A stretch of 64,000 nucleotides of DNA from positions 6,386,001 through 6,450,000 of the forward strand of contig OX597835.1 of the NCBI GenBank assembly GCA_951406725.2. Direction: 5' to 3'. Position 1 is the first letter of the stretch. The number at the start of each line of letters is the position of its first letter. This DNA comes from Octopus vulgaris (lineage: Eukaryota). This document shows, piece after piece, positions 1 through 12,962 of this stretch. The notes below the pieces were generated by a model. That model was given only the letters and a program-made list of their open reading frames with translations, did no database searches and was not told where the DNA came from. A program made the translations under genes and the position numbers.

Positions 1-598
1 GTGTGGGGAAGTGCAGTCGTACCAGATGACACCGTATATCAACTCTCTGCAGCATGTGAACATTCACATAGACATACACACACACACACACCTGACAGGC
101 TTTGTACAGTTTCCATCTACAAAATTTACAAGGCTATGGGACTAGGATTTGAACCCATCAACTTCATATTCATGAGCCAAACTTATTAAGCACTGCCCAT
201 GCACCTTCACCCTTCGCTCCATGTATATGTATATCTACCTTCTCTCTCTCTCTCTCTCTCTTTACACCCACCCACACACACACACACATATAAAACATTG
301 TTATTGTGGTTGTTATGACTGCTAAAGGGTTAAAATAGCCATCTATGTATCATATTTAATGTATATATACACTTGATTGAACAATTACTGCAGTATTGAT
401 TGTGAGATTACATCCTTTAGCTGTGGTTTTTTGTTTTTGTGTTGTGTTGTGGTGAGGTGTGGTGTAAATTTAAATTATTTCATTATTTATGGTTTAAGAT
501 GTTGTAAAATTGTTTCCACTTGTCATGTTATATGTTTTGGGTTAAAATAAACAAAAGCAAGAACCCAGTAACTAGTGTTTGTTTTTTGTTGTTTACAG

Positions 599-668
599 AC
601 AGATGACTCATTTGTTGTTTACGATAAACCATGAAGAGCCCAAGAAGTTATTGTATGATGTGATATTG
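599..668 (+). CDS. UTP20: UTP20 window exon 1 (QMTHLLFTINHEEPKKLLYDVIL)
   Basis: tttacag| acceptor, |gtaagt donor; open frame, phase-0 end matches the next exon. Confidence 0.75.
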
Positions 669-3600
669 GTAAGTTACAGCATAGGCTTTCATTTAAATAA
701 AAAAAATTGTGTGCGTGTGTGTGTGTGTGTGTTTGTGTAACACAGTATATGTCAAAACCAGGCAAAGTCTGCTGTGCTTTCGAATACTCTGCATCTTTAA
801 CCCTTTCGTTACCAACCCGGCTCTAGCTCTATAGTACAAATGTCTTGTTTTCATAAATTTTGAATTAAAATCTTAGTCACAATTGAATTAAAATCTTAGT
901 CACAATTTATGTTCCTAACACTAGCTGAATGATAACCAAGTTATTTTACTAAATTCTTTGTTATATTTAAAGTAATTGAAAGAAACACAGAGCATCTCAA
1001 AATAAGTTCAGTAACGAAAGGGTTAAATGGATCTTACCTGGTTAAATACTACAACCTAAAAGTGTTGTTAGGGGAAACTGTGGAAGAGGAAGACAAGGTG
1101 GTAAGGCATTATCTCTGAATGTGGGGCCTCGTGGAGGCTGTGACGAGTGACCGCAACCTTTGGCACTTTGCTCTGCTTAAGAAGACTCATGAAGCCAAGT
1201 GAAATCAGTCGTGGCCAGTGACATGTTACAACAGCCATGCCAGTGACATGTAAAAGGCACCCGCTACACTGTTGGGGGCAGTTGGCATTAGGAAGGGCAT
1301 CCAGCCATAGATACCAAGCCAATATCAGACTGGAACCTGGGGCAGCTCTCTGACTTACCAGTTCTAGTCAAGCCGTCTAACCCATACCAACATAAAAAAC
1401 AGACGTTAAATGAAGATAAAAACACATATATTAAGTATGTGACTGATTTTATATATGCCTGTGTGTGTATACATATATGTATATATATATATAGAGAGAG
1501 AGAAAGAGATTTATACTGTATGTTTGCACACACACACATATACACATTTGTTTTGTGTTAATCTTAAGTTTTCCATGCTAGTATGGGTTAGATGGATGCA
1601 TATAAATTAGACATTGTTTTTTCTAAAACTCTATGCCTCTGCCTCAAAACCAGAACAATTGGTGAGATCTTACTCTAAGATAATACATATATATCTTCTA
1701 TTAATCCATCACGATCCATGCCACATTAATCTAGGACAGTGCTTTTCAACATTTTTGCTGGAGCGGAACCCCAAGGAAGCATTCCACTGGCTCGAGGAAC
1801 CCCTGTGCAATAATTTAATAGTCTTATGCACACATATCTGCACAGGAGAATTAAAAATTACTGTTGATTTTAGCAGTTTTGTAACTTCTTGCGGAGCCCT
1901 AAGGTTCCGCGGAACACTGGTTGAAAACCACTGATCTAGGATAATGAACCAACATAATTGATGCCAATTTCTCTCCTTCCATTTTCCAGAAACTGTCCCA
2001 AAAAGACGACAACCTAAAAGACATTGGTGAAGTACTGTGTGGTGTAAGTATTATATCATTATTATTATTATTGTTATTATTATTATTATTATTATGTGAT
2101 TCTGTGCCTGTGTTTACGTATCTCTATATTCATACCTCTGTGTGTATATGTGTCTGTATATTCATGTCTCTATGTGTATACATTTATATACTCATGTCTC
2201 TGTGTGTATATATCTCTCTCATTTTCCTTGTAGCTCAACTCTTGGAATCCCAAGAAACTTGAAGAAATCGATTACGACAGACGTCTTTCTGCCTTCAGTG
2301 CTGCTTCCAGATTAATTACCAAAATGGAAGTCTTGGACACAGATTTCATTGTTCCAATTATCTACAACTGCTGCCATTTTATTTCCACTGTCAGTATTCA
2401 TTTTACATTTATTTATTATTTTCATTCGCTTTCTTTTGCCAAAATTCATTCAATTTGCTTATTCTTCATTATTGTTCTTCCTTGTCTTCTGTCTTTGCCA
2501 TCAACAGTGGAGGCGCAATGGCCCAGTAGTTCGGGCAGTGGACTCGCGGTCGGAGGATCGCGGTTTTGATTCCCAGACCGGTCGTTGTGTGTGTCTATTG
2601 AGCGAAAACACCTAAAGCTCCACGAGGCTCCGGCAGGGAGTGGTGGCAACCCTTGTTGTACTCTTTCCCCCCAAACTTTCTCTCACTCTTTCTTCCTGTT
2701 TCTTGTCCCCGACTTCCTACGCAACCACTGAGCCTGGATGCGCATTCATCCATCCGTCGATGCTCTCGGTGTCGGGGGTTGACCTGCTTTCTCTTCTGCG
2801 GGTCTTACGAATAGCAAAAGGACCTCATTTCGGACTTCTCCCACTCTGGGACGAAGACCGATTCGCTCAACATACAAACAAACAAACAGCAGCAACAATA
2901 CCCCAAAATGAACCGCATCTGTATCAGTGCAAGTCATTGGGTGTTACACTGGGTTAGGTACCCCTACCAAACAGTTTTGGGTCTGTATCATTTATCCTCC
3001 CCTGCGACACCATTAGTAAATGTATAAAGGGCATTTGAGCTAACTTTTGCATACAAGGAAAATAAAACACAGTATCCGTCCAAAAATAAAAGTATTTTAA
3101 AAAGATAAAAAAAACATTGAGTAAATTATGGTTGGGAAATAACAGTTGACTCAGAGTAGCTGCCCTCAGATTCCATTACAGCTTCAACACAACTCTGGAA
3201 CCTGGAGCATGTGTTTCTCATTGTCTCAGGGAAGGTCTTCAAACATCTCCTTGATCTTGGGCACCAACTTGGCCTTTGTGTTACATGCAGAGTGGTTGGT
3301 GTCTTTCTCAACTGCGCCCCACTCATAGCAATCCATGGGATTACAGTTGGGGTAATTAGGAGGCCAGGAATTATAAACACCTTCCACGCTGCAATTGTTC
3401 AGTTTTGTCTCTTTCTGGGGGTGTGGCAAGGAGCCATATCCTGCTGCTACCCATATGGCTTTTCAGCAGTGACCCCTTCAGCCAGGATTTAACCACAGTC
3501 TTCAGTAGCTTTGCATAGCTGTCTGAACTGAGCCTGAATCTTTGTTCAAAAATATGGGTTGGCATGACATCACCTTCCCTCGAGACACACCTAAAGACCA

Positions 3601-6600
3601 TCACAGTTTGGGAGAATTTGGTTTTCATGATGTCCATGTCACATCTTACACTCTTTATAGACTCCACAGATCATTTTGTCAGCATTTTGATTCCTGGCAC
3701 AAACCATCCTGATACAGGTAACTCTTCCCCAATATTCAGGTGGCTTCCAGTCCTCCGTGTCAGCTAACTTTTTCTCAACTACAACTTGAATCCTTACCTT
3801 TTCCAACACCATTTATTGTTCCCTAAAACATTGAGATGTTCCTGAATAAAAAGACATAATCAATAGTCAAATTAGCCCGAACACCCTGTATTGGGCAGCT
3901 TTTAAGCTAGCTCCTATGGAGGGCTCTTCATTGGGCCTTGAGTAGAAGTGCCATTGAATAGTGAGAGAGAGGAGTCAAAGTGTGACACACTGACACACAA
4001 ATTCGTTTTGGCATTTTTTATTATAAATATATGTATGTATATATATATATATATATGTATATGTGTCTATATATATATATATATATTTGTGTGTGTGTGT
4101 ATATATATATATATATGTATCTATCTCTATATATATATATATCATCGGGCATGGCTGTGTGGTTAGGGAGCTTGCTTCCTAGCTATATGGTTTCGGGTTC
4201 AGTCCCACTGCGTGGCACTTTGGGTAGGTGTCTTCCACTATAGCCCGAGCCGACCGAAGCTTTGTGATTGAATTCGGCAGACGGAAGTTACTTCCGTGTG
4301 TGTATATGTGCGTAGGTGCTTGTGCCTCTCCGAAAGAGAGAGAAGGATATATATATATATATGAAATCATCATCATTTTAATGTCCTCTTTTCTATGCTG
4401 GCATGCATCACACAGAGCTCGTTGAGATAGGGTGATATTGTCATGTTCATGGAAAATTGGAAACAAACGATGCTCGTTTACAACCATCACATGATGTCCA
4501 GGCAAGGGGATACATCACACACACTTATAACAATGACAATACTCCCTCTCTCTTCTTCTCTCTGTCTCTCTTCCTCCCTCTCTCTCTCTCTCTCTCTCTC
4601 TCACAGACCAAATGTAATATCGGAAAGGTTTGAATTCTTTATTAAACACACTGGAGCAGCTCTATAGAATCCCTCATCATTACTTCGTAGAAATTTAATC
4701 TGACTGTTTTTATTTTTTTTAACCTTTACATTTAACACAGATTTAAACAGATTCCTATCAGATTTTTTCCCTTCATGTCTTACCAATAGTCCTTGTGTAT
4801 TATTTCTGAATCTTATAAGATGTTCCTGCCTCTTATAAGTTGTTCCTTTGACTTTTCCCATACAGGTTGATGATCTGTCAATACGCAATAGCAGCACGCA
4901 GTGTTTGCTAAACATTATCAACAAACTCACCGATTCTTCGTCAGATAAACAGATCTTTAACGAAATCATCATTAAGACTCTCCTGCCAAAGGTGAAACAT
5001 GGCATCAAAAATCCTATCCAGGTAAGAATTCATCTCCAAGCAATTGTGAAAAATCTGTTGTTATCATCGTCACCATTTGTTACCCCCCACCCAATATCGT
5101 CATCCTCACTACCACCATCATCAGCACCACCATCGTCATCATTGCCACTACCACCATCATCATCAACATCATCATCATCATCCTTGCTAATACTATTGTT
5201 GCCACCATCACCTCCATCAACATCATTATTAATCATGACCATCACCCTTCCCACGACCACCACCACCACCACCACAACCATCATCTTATCATCACTAATT
5301 TACTTTATTCACTGACCATAAACCGTTAACATATGCGTTAAAAAGTTCTTCGGAGAAATATTCTAGAGAAATTAGACACCTTGATTTTATTTCACAATTT
5401 ACTGTGGATATACGTTATATCAAGGGTGTCGAAAATTCGGCAGCAGATGCACTTTCTAGAATGAATGTAGCTGCATTAAATTCATTAAACACTATAAATT
5501 TGGAAGAAATGTCTAAGGATCAAGTTGCAAATAAAGAATTTTCTTTATATAAAAATTCCAATTCAACTTCTTTAAAATTTAAAATGTTGCCGATCCATTC
5601 GTGTAATTCACATGTTTGGTGTGATATTTCTACAGGGTTTTCGAAACTTTTAGAATCTTTATATGAGCAGTTATATTAACCAATGGAAAAAAACGAAAAT
5701 GATAATTCTTCGGCAATACGACATTACGTCATATTGCCAATTCGTGCCACATTTCAAAATGGCTAAAATGGTTACTGCTACACTAACATCATTATCATCA
5801 TCATCATTTTAACACTTTTCCATACTCACATGTCTCAGGTGGACCTTATTGAGGCAGCTGAAACAATAATTCTCTTTCTTTTTTATCCCCATAATCCTCT
5901 CTGTCCCTCCCCCCTCCACCGATCTTTTTCCTATCATGAGATGAAAATCCATTTGGTTCTCTAAAATCGTAGAAATAGATGAGGGGAGGTTTAGATCCCT
6001 GGATGCCTGTGATTAAGGATCACTGTGGTGATTACAGCTGACTTTTTTGTTTGTTTGCTGATTTTGACAATTAATTAATCAATTAACAAATGTAATTTTT
6101 TCCTTAATTTGCAGGGCGTTTGCCGAGAATATTTTACCATCTTGCGAGCAATTGCTGTAAAGTTCTCTTCCAAGAAACCATTTGATGATCTCGTTAAGCT
6201 GACAGACAACGATAAAGATATTGATTTCTTTGAGAACATGAAGAATATCAAGGTAAGAAAGCTTGCAAGGGGAGGGTGTTGCAATTGTTGGAACAGCAAG
6301 GTGAGAAAGTTTACAAAGGAAGGGTGTTGCAATTATTGGAATAGCATGATAAAAAAGCCTGCAAGGGGAGGGCATTGCAGTTGTTGGAATAGCAGCGTAA
6401 GGAAGTCTACAAGGGGCATATATTTAAGAGTTCGGCTGTGCCATTATCTGACAAACATTGCAACCAAGATGTCTGTGATGGCTCAGGTAACATTGTTGTA
6501 AATAGGTACCATGAGGTGGTACATTGCAATTGCCACTAAACTGACTTAGTTGCTGTCTTCTTTGGTGTTGTCTAGCTCCCACTTCTCTTACAGGTACAGA

Positions 6601-9600
6601 GACGGTCTCGAGCCCTGCGGCGCCTGGCAGCGAAACTCGGCAGTTACAACATGTCGCAGGAGGCCCTCACTCGTTACCTCCTCCCACTGGCATCGAGCAT
6701 TATACAGAGGGAGCACAAACAGATGGAAGGGATCCAGGAGAGGGCTATCGAGCTTTTAGGCTCCCTTTGTGGTCTGATATCATGGAAAGTTTATCTGCAA
6801 CAGCTTCGGTTTTACGTGAAGAAAATGGTAATGCCAAGGAACAACAAATGTCAGAACCAAAAGCTTTTGGTCAGGTGAGTACACAAGGAATTCTTTGATT
6901 GAGACGATGAAGGAAAGGTACAGTGGCATCTAATTATGCACCTTGGACAAGGGTTTTCTTTTATAATCCTGGGTTAGTCAGGGCCTTATGAACAAATTTG
7001 CCAGACAAAAACTGTTTGTGTACACAACACCATCTTAACTGCGGTGGCGTTGTTGTTGTTATTATTATTATTATTATTATCATTATTAATTATTATTATT
7101 ATTACTATTAAGGCAGTAAGCTGGCAGAATCATTACTATGTCAGACAAAATACTTCATGGCATTCCGCCAAGGTCAACCTTGCTTTTCATCCTTTCAGGG
7201 TTGATAAATTAAGTACCAGTTGCATATTGGGGTCGATCTAATTGACTGGTCCCCTTCCCCCAAAATTTCAAGCCTTGTGCCTATAGTAGAAAGTATTATT
7301 ATTATTATTATTATTATTATCATACAATCATTATGTCTTATTCTTTTGCTGTTTGTGTCTCTCCTGCAGGGTTGTGGTGACCATTCTGGACCGTTTCCAC
7401 TTTGATTTGTCCAGCAGTAGCTATGAGAGTGACCAGGACAAAGGACCGTTCGGAAAATACTTACAAGACAACCAAGGTTTGTATCTACGACTTTGTATTT
7501 GTTGTTGTTGTTAATTATGGTGGAAGCACTCCGTCGGTTACGACGACGAGGGTTCCGGTTGATCCGAATCAACGGAACAGCCTGCTCGTGAAATTAACGT
7601 GTAAGTGGCTGAGCACTCCACAGACACGTGCACCCTTAACGTAGTTCTCGGGGATTTTCAGCGTGAAACAGAGAGTGACAAGGCCGGCCCTTTGAAATAC
7701 AGGTACAACAGAAACAGGAAGTAAGAGTGAGAGAAATTTGTGGTGAAAGAGTACAGCAGGGATCACCACCATCCCCTGCCAGAGCCTCGTGGAGCTTTAG
7801 GTGTTTTCGCTCAATAAACACTCACAACGCCCGGTCTGGGAATCGAAACCGCGATCCTACGACTGCGAGTCCACTGCCCTAACCACTGGGCCATTGCGCC
7901 TCCACTGTTGTTAATTATAACCACGTATCAGCTCTAGTCAAAGATATTCCAACTGCGACCATTCCACATAACTTTTGTAGATCATACTGTTGATTATAAC
8001 CCCAGGTCAATTCAGTGACCACTCCATACAACATTGTATTGTGCTTCTTCGTTTGTTCATCGCTTAACATCCGCTTTCCATGCTAGCATGGGTTGGACGA
8101 TTTGACTGACGACTGGCAAACCAGATGGTTGCACCAGGCTCCAATCTGATCTGGCAGAGTTTCTACAGCTGGATGCCCTTCCTAATGCCAACCACTCCGA
8201 GAGTGTAGTGGGTCCTTTTACATGCTGCATGAGGGGCCAGTCAGACGGTACTGGCAACGGCCATGCTCAAATGGTGCTTTTTACATGCCACCTGCATATA
8301 TTGTAATACTCTTGTACTCTTTTTTTCTATTTGCAGGGAGTACAGAACAGACCGGACTAAATGATGATGATGACGATGATAATAATGATGATGCTGACAA
8401 TGATGATGACGATGATGATGGCAATGATGACGGTTCCCCCGTCGGTATTGTTGAAGAATTGACCGATGCCAATTACAGCGAAGTTAAAGACAAGAAAGGA
8501 AATGTTGTAAAATTCTTGGTCTGTCCTGAAGAAATGGCTAACGCTATCCACAAGACGATTCTCAGGAACATCATTCCGATGTTGTACAAAGTCCTTGTGA
8601 AGAGAGTAAGGGAAATTTCATTCTTCTTTTGAGATAATGCCAATGTAGAACGGCAATGTTAGCATGGCGTCGATATTAGGCAGGTGTGTATGTGGAGATG
8701 AGGTGTGGGTAGCGAAAGATATCTTGTGGTAGTTCTTTGGAAATGTAGTGTTTATGTGTTCGTTTATCTTTATCTTTTACTTGCTACAGCCGTTGGCCAT
8801 GCTGGGGCACCGCCTTACTCTTTTACTTGTTTCAGTCATTTGACTGCGGCCATGCTGGAGCACCGCCTTTTAGTCGAGCAAATCGACCCCAGGACTTATT
8901 CTTTGTAAGCCTAGTACTTACTCTGTCAGTCTCTTTTGCCGAACCGCTAAGTTACGGGGACGCAAGCACACCAGCATCGTTTTTCAAGCGATGTTGGGGG
9001 GACAAACACAGACACACAAACATATATACACATATATACAACGGGCTTCTTTCAGTTTCCATCTACCAAATCCACTCACGAGGCTTTGGTCGGCCCGAGG
9101 CTATAGTAGAAGACACTTGCCCAAGGTGCCACGCAGTGGGACTGAACCCGAAACCATGTGGTTGGTAAGCAAGCTACTTACCACACAGCCACTCCTACGC
9201 CTATGTGTCCGTTTGTCTTTTATCTTTTACTTGCTACAGCCGTTGGCCATGCTGGGGCACCGCCTTGAAGAATTTTTAGTCGAATGAATCGACCCCAGTA
9301 CTTCTTTTCATTTTTGCAAAGTGCCGTACTCCTTCAAACAGTCTCTTGCAGAATTGGTAATTTACAGAGGCGTAAACACACCAATACTGGTTGTCAAGCT
9401 GTCGTGGGACACACAGACACATGCACACACACACACACACACATATAAGTGATGGGCTTCTTTCAGTTTCCATTTAACAAATCCCCTCACAAGGGCTTTG
9501 GTTGGCCTGAGGCTATAGTTATAGTCTTTGAGTAAAAACTCAATTAATTCAGATATTTAAGGGGGAAATAAATGTAAAAGAATGAAAAATTATGTATTTT

Positions 9601-9960
9601 TTTGTGTGTTGCTTTCCAACCACATGGTTCCAGGTTCAGTCCCACTGTGTGGCACCTTGGACAAGTGTCTTCTACTATAATCTCGGGCTGAACAAAGCCT
9701 TGTGAGTGGATTTGGTAGATAAAAACTGAAAGAAGCCAATCGTATATGTTTGTGTGTGTTTGTCCCCCCCACCATTGCTTGGCAACCAATGTTGGTGCGT
9801 TTTTATGTCCCTATTACTTAGCAGTTCAGCAAAAAGAGACCGACAGAATAAGTACTGGGCTTACAAAGAATAAGTCGATTTGTTCGAGTAAAGGCGGTGC
9901 TCCAGCGTGGCTGCAGTCAAATGACTGAAGCAAGTAAAAGAGTAAAAGAATGTATATATG

Positions 9961-9995
<35 letters not shown>

Positions 9996-12924
9996 CTATA
10001 AAATATGTTACAATTACTCAATAGTCAAGATAAAACTCTGAGTTTCAGATGCCGAAGTGGAAATCCACAACACCATCTCTTCGGTTATCTGGCCATCTGA
10101 AAAAACGCTATGAAAAAATACCGTTATATAAAGGGAAGTTACTGTGTTATAATTCTGCTACTTATATAAAATAAGATTAAAATTTCATAGTCTAGTCGAA
10201 CCCACGTGCGTACTTATACGTCACTATGAAAACGTACACATCTTCACTCGCATTTTTCGCCAAATATATACGCATATATATATACAAACTCATACACACA
10301 CACATGCGTACCGTAAAAGTTCATACATACGTCTATATACGCACAAGCACAAGAAAAACCATGGTTAAAGGTAACAGAAAAAAACATAAGGAAGTATACA
10401 AAGCATAAAAACCACGTTCATATACGGACATGCCCTTATGCACTCATATACACACATGCCCATATATGTACATACCTGCACACGTGTTTATATATGCATA
10501 CACACACACGCATATACGAAAAATGAATATACAATGGCTCCCCCCCTTAAAAAACCCTATATATATGTATATATATTTTGTTTTTGGTTTTTTCCAGGTG
10601 AAAAGTGAAAGTGAACACAAGTTGGCCAAGAAATCTCTTGTGGATGAATTCGAGATTGTCCGAGTCCCTGTTGCCCTGGCAATCGTCAAACTGTTACATG
10701 TTGTCCCCAGAGATTCCCTCAAGTCTTTCTTACCAAAGTAATTATTCTTCAGGGTCCTTTTCCTTGTTGTTTGTATTAGGGGCTGATACACACACACACA
10801 CACTTACACACATGTCTGTATGTATGTATATCTTATTCTTTTACTTGTTTCAGTCATTTGAGTGTGGCCGTGCTGGAGCACCACCTTAAAGGGTTACAGT
10901 CGATCAGATCGACCCCCAGGACATTTTTTAAAGCCTGGTACTTATCCTGTCAGTCTCTTTTTCCGAACTGCTAAGTTACTGGCATTTAAACACACCAACA
11001 CTGGTTGCCAAGCGGCAATGGGATGGGAGTGGGGACAAACACAGAATACAAACACACACATATATATTTATTCAATAGGCTTCTTTCAGTTTCCGTCTAC
11101 CAGATCCACTCATAAGGCTTTGGTCAGACTGACGCTACAGTAGAAGAGCTTTACAAAGATGTCGTGTAGTGGGACTGAACCCGGAACTATGTGGTTGGGA
11201 AGCAAGCTTCTTACCACACGGCCACACCTGTCCTTATAGTTAACCCTTTTGTTACCATATTTCTGTTGAAATCTTCATTTTCATTGCTTTTGAGGATTCC
11301 CATGATTCTGCTGCCATCCAATTCCATTATTATGAATTTCGGTCAGGAGCTTGGGTCATAGGGAATCTTTCATTAGCTGATCACACAACCATGGCCACCA
11401 CCCCTATGGATGCATCACAGTTATTCTGTTGGTAGATCTTGGTGATCCTGACCATTGGTCATCTAGGATTCCTCTGCTCAGCATTAAGGTTAGAAGCACC
11501 ATTGGGTCAGTTCAGTTCTTCCACTACCTCTTCGCAATCCGCCATACTGCAGTCCCATGACTTCACTATATCCCTGGCAGGGTAAGAAGTTTGCTTCTTG
11601 AGATAATCCAGGATTAATCCAATGAGGTCTGCAACCTCTGCTCCATTGTAGCTTCCCATGGAGATTTCAAAAAGTGAGTCACCTGTTTTGATTCAATAGG
11701 AGTCATGATGATACACGAGTAAATTTTTAGTATTAATAACCATTTTAATATCAATGTTACTAATCCTAGTGAATTAACTTCTGAAGTCCAGATCTGTTAG
11801 GAGGAGAGATTTGAATATAGAAACATCATCATCATCATCATCATCATTTAATGTCCATTTTCCATGCTGGCATGGGTTGAATGGTTTGATAGGAGCTGGC
11901 AGGCCAGGGAGGTTCACTAGACTCCAGTTGTCTGTTGTGGCATGGTTTCTATGGCTGGATGCCCTTCCTAACACAAACCACTTTACAAAGTGTACTGGAT
12001 TTTTTTTATGCAGTGCCAACATCCATAGGATCACCAAGTAGCTTGCAAGACAACAGATTCCACAATATCAAATTGGGTGAACCTGCAGGTTGCAGAGTTC
12101 TCTTTATCATTAATCAGTCCATAATAGCATCCCTGCAGCCATTTTGATATCGGAATTGACAACATCATGTATTTACCCCTTATGTCCCTGAAACTTGGTA
12201 GGGCCAATGAGCCTTGCATTTAAGATTGAAAATAAAATTAGGTTTGTGGTCTTTAAGTGTATTGTAGGCAGATTGCATAGAGCTGCTGTCAATGTAGCCT
12301 TCTATCACTAACCAAGTAGCTAACTCCTAGATGAATGTATGTGGGAGACAGGTAGTATTGAACCTAGAACCTTCTGGTTCCAAACTTCTTAATGACATAG
12401 TCATATCTGGTTTTATTAATTTTCAAAAATGTTCACTTCATTTCAGAGTGATCCTGCGAATATGTGAGTTTTTAAGATCTCGCTCTCTTGACATACGCAA
12501 ATCAGCTCGTGACACCCTCACAAAGATTGCCACAGTAATCGGTCCTGGTTACTTACCTTGTATTACGTATGAGTTACGCTCAGCCCTTTCCAGAGGTTAC
12601 CAGGTAAGTGGAGAACAGGAAAGAGAAAACAGTATGTGAGAGTTGGTTGTAGAATCTAAATTTTCAAAATAGTTTAGTAAACCAAAGTCAATATTTATTT
12701 GTTTTTGTTACTCTCTTTTTACTCTTTTACTTGTTCCATGCTGGAGCACTGCCTTTAGTCGAGCAAATCGGCCCCAGGACTTATTCTTTGTAAGCCTAGT
12801 ACTTATTCTATCGGTCTCTTTTGCCGAACCGCTAAGTTACGGGGACGTAAACACACCAGCATCGGTTGTCAAGCGATGTTGGGGGGGAAAAAAAACACAC
12901 ACACACACATATATATATATATAC

Positions 12925-12962
<38 letters not shown>

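Noticed and set aside
2507-2580. tRNA-like sequences here and at 7830-7905, 16181 and 26736
   Set aside because: They are SINE heads: they continue into repeat bodies, lack a proper acceptor stem, and one has a TSD
8827-9287. Recurrent ORFs such as [13 protein letters not shown] and [29 protein letters not shown]
   Set aside because: Chance translations of the major SINE family, not a gene family
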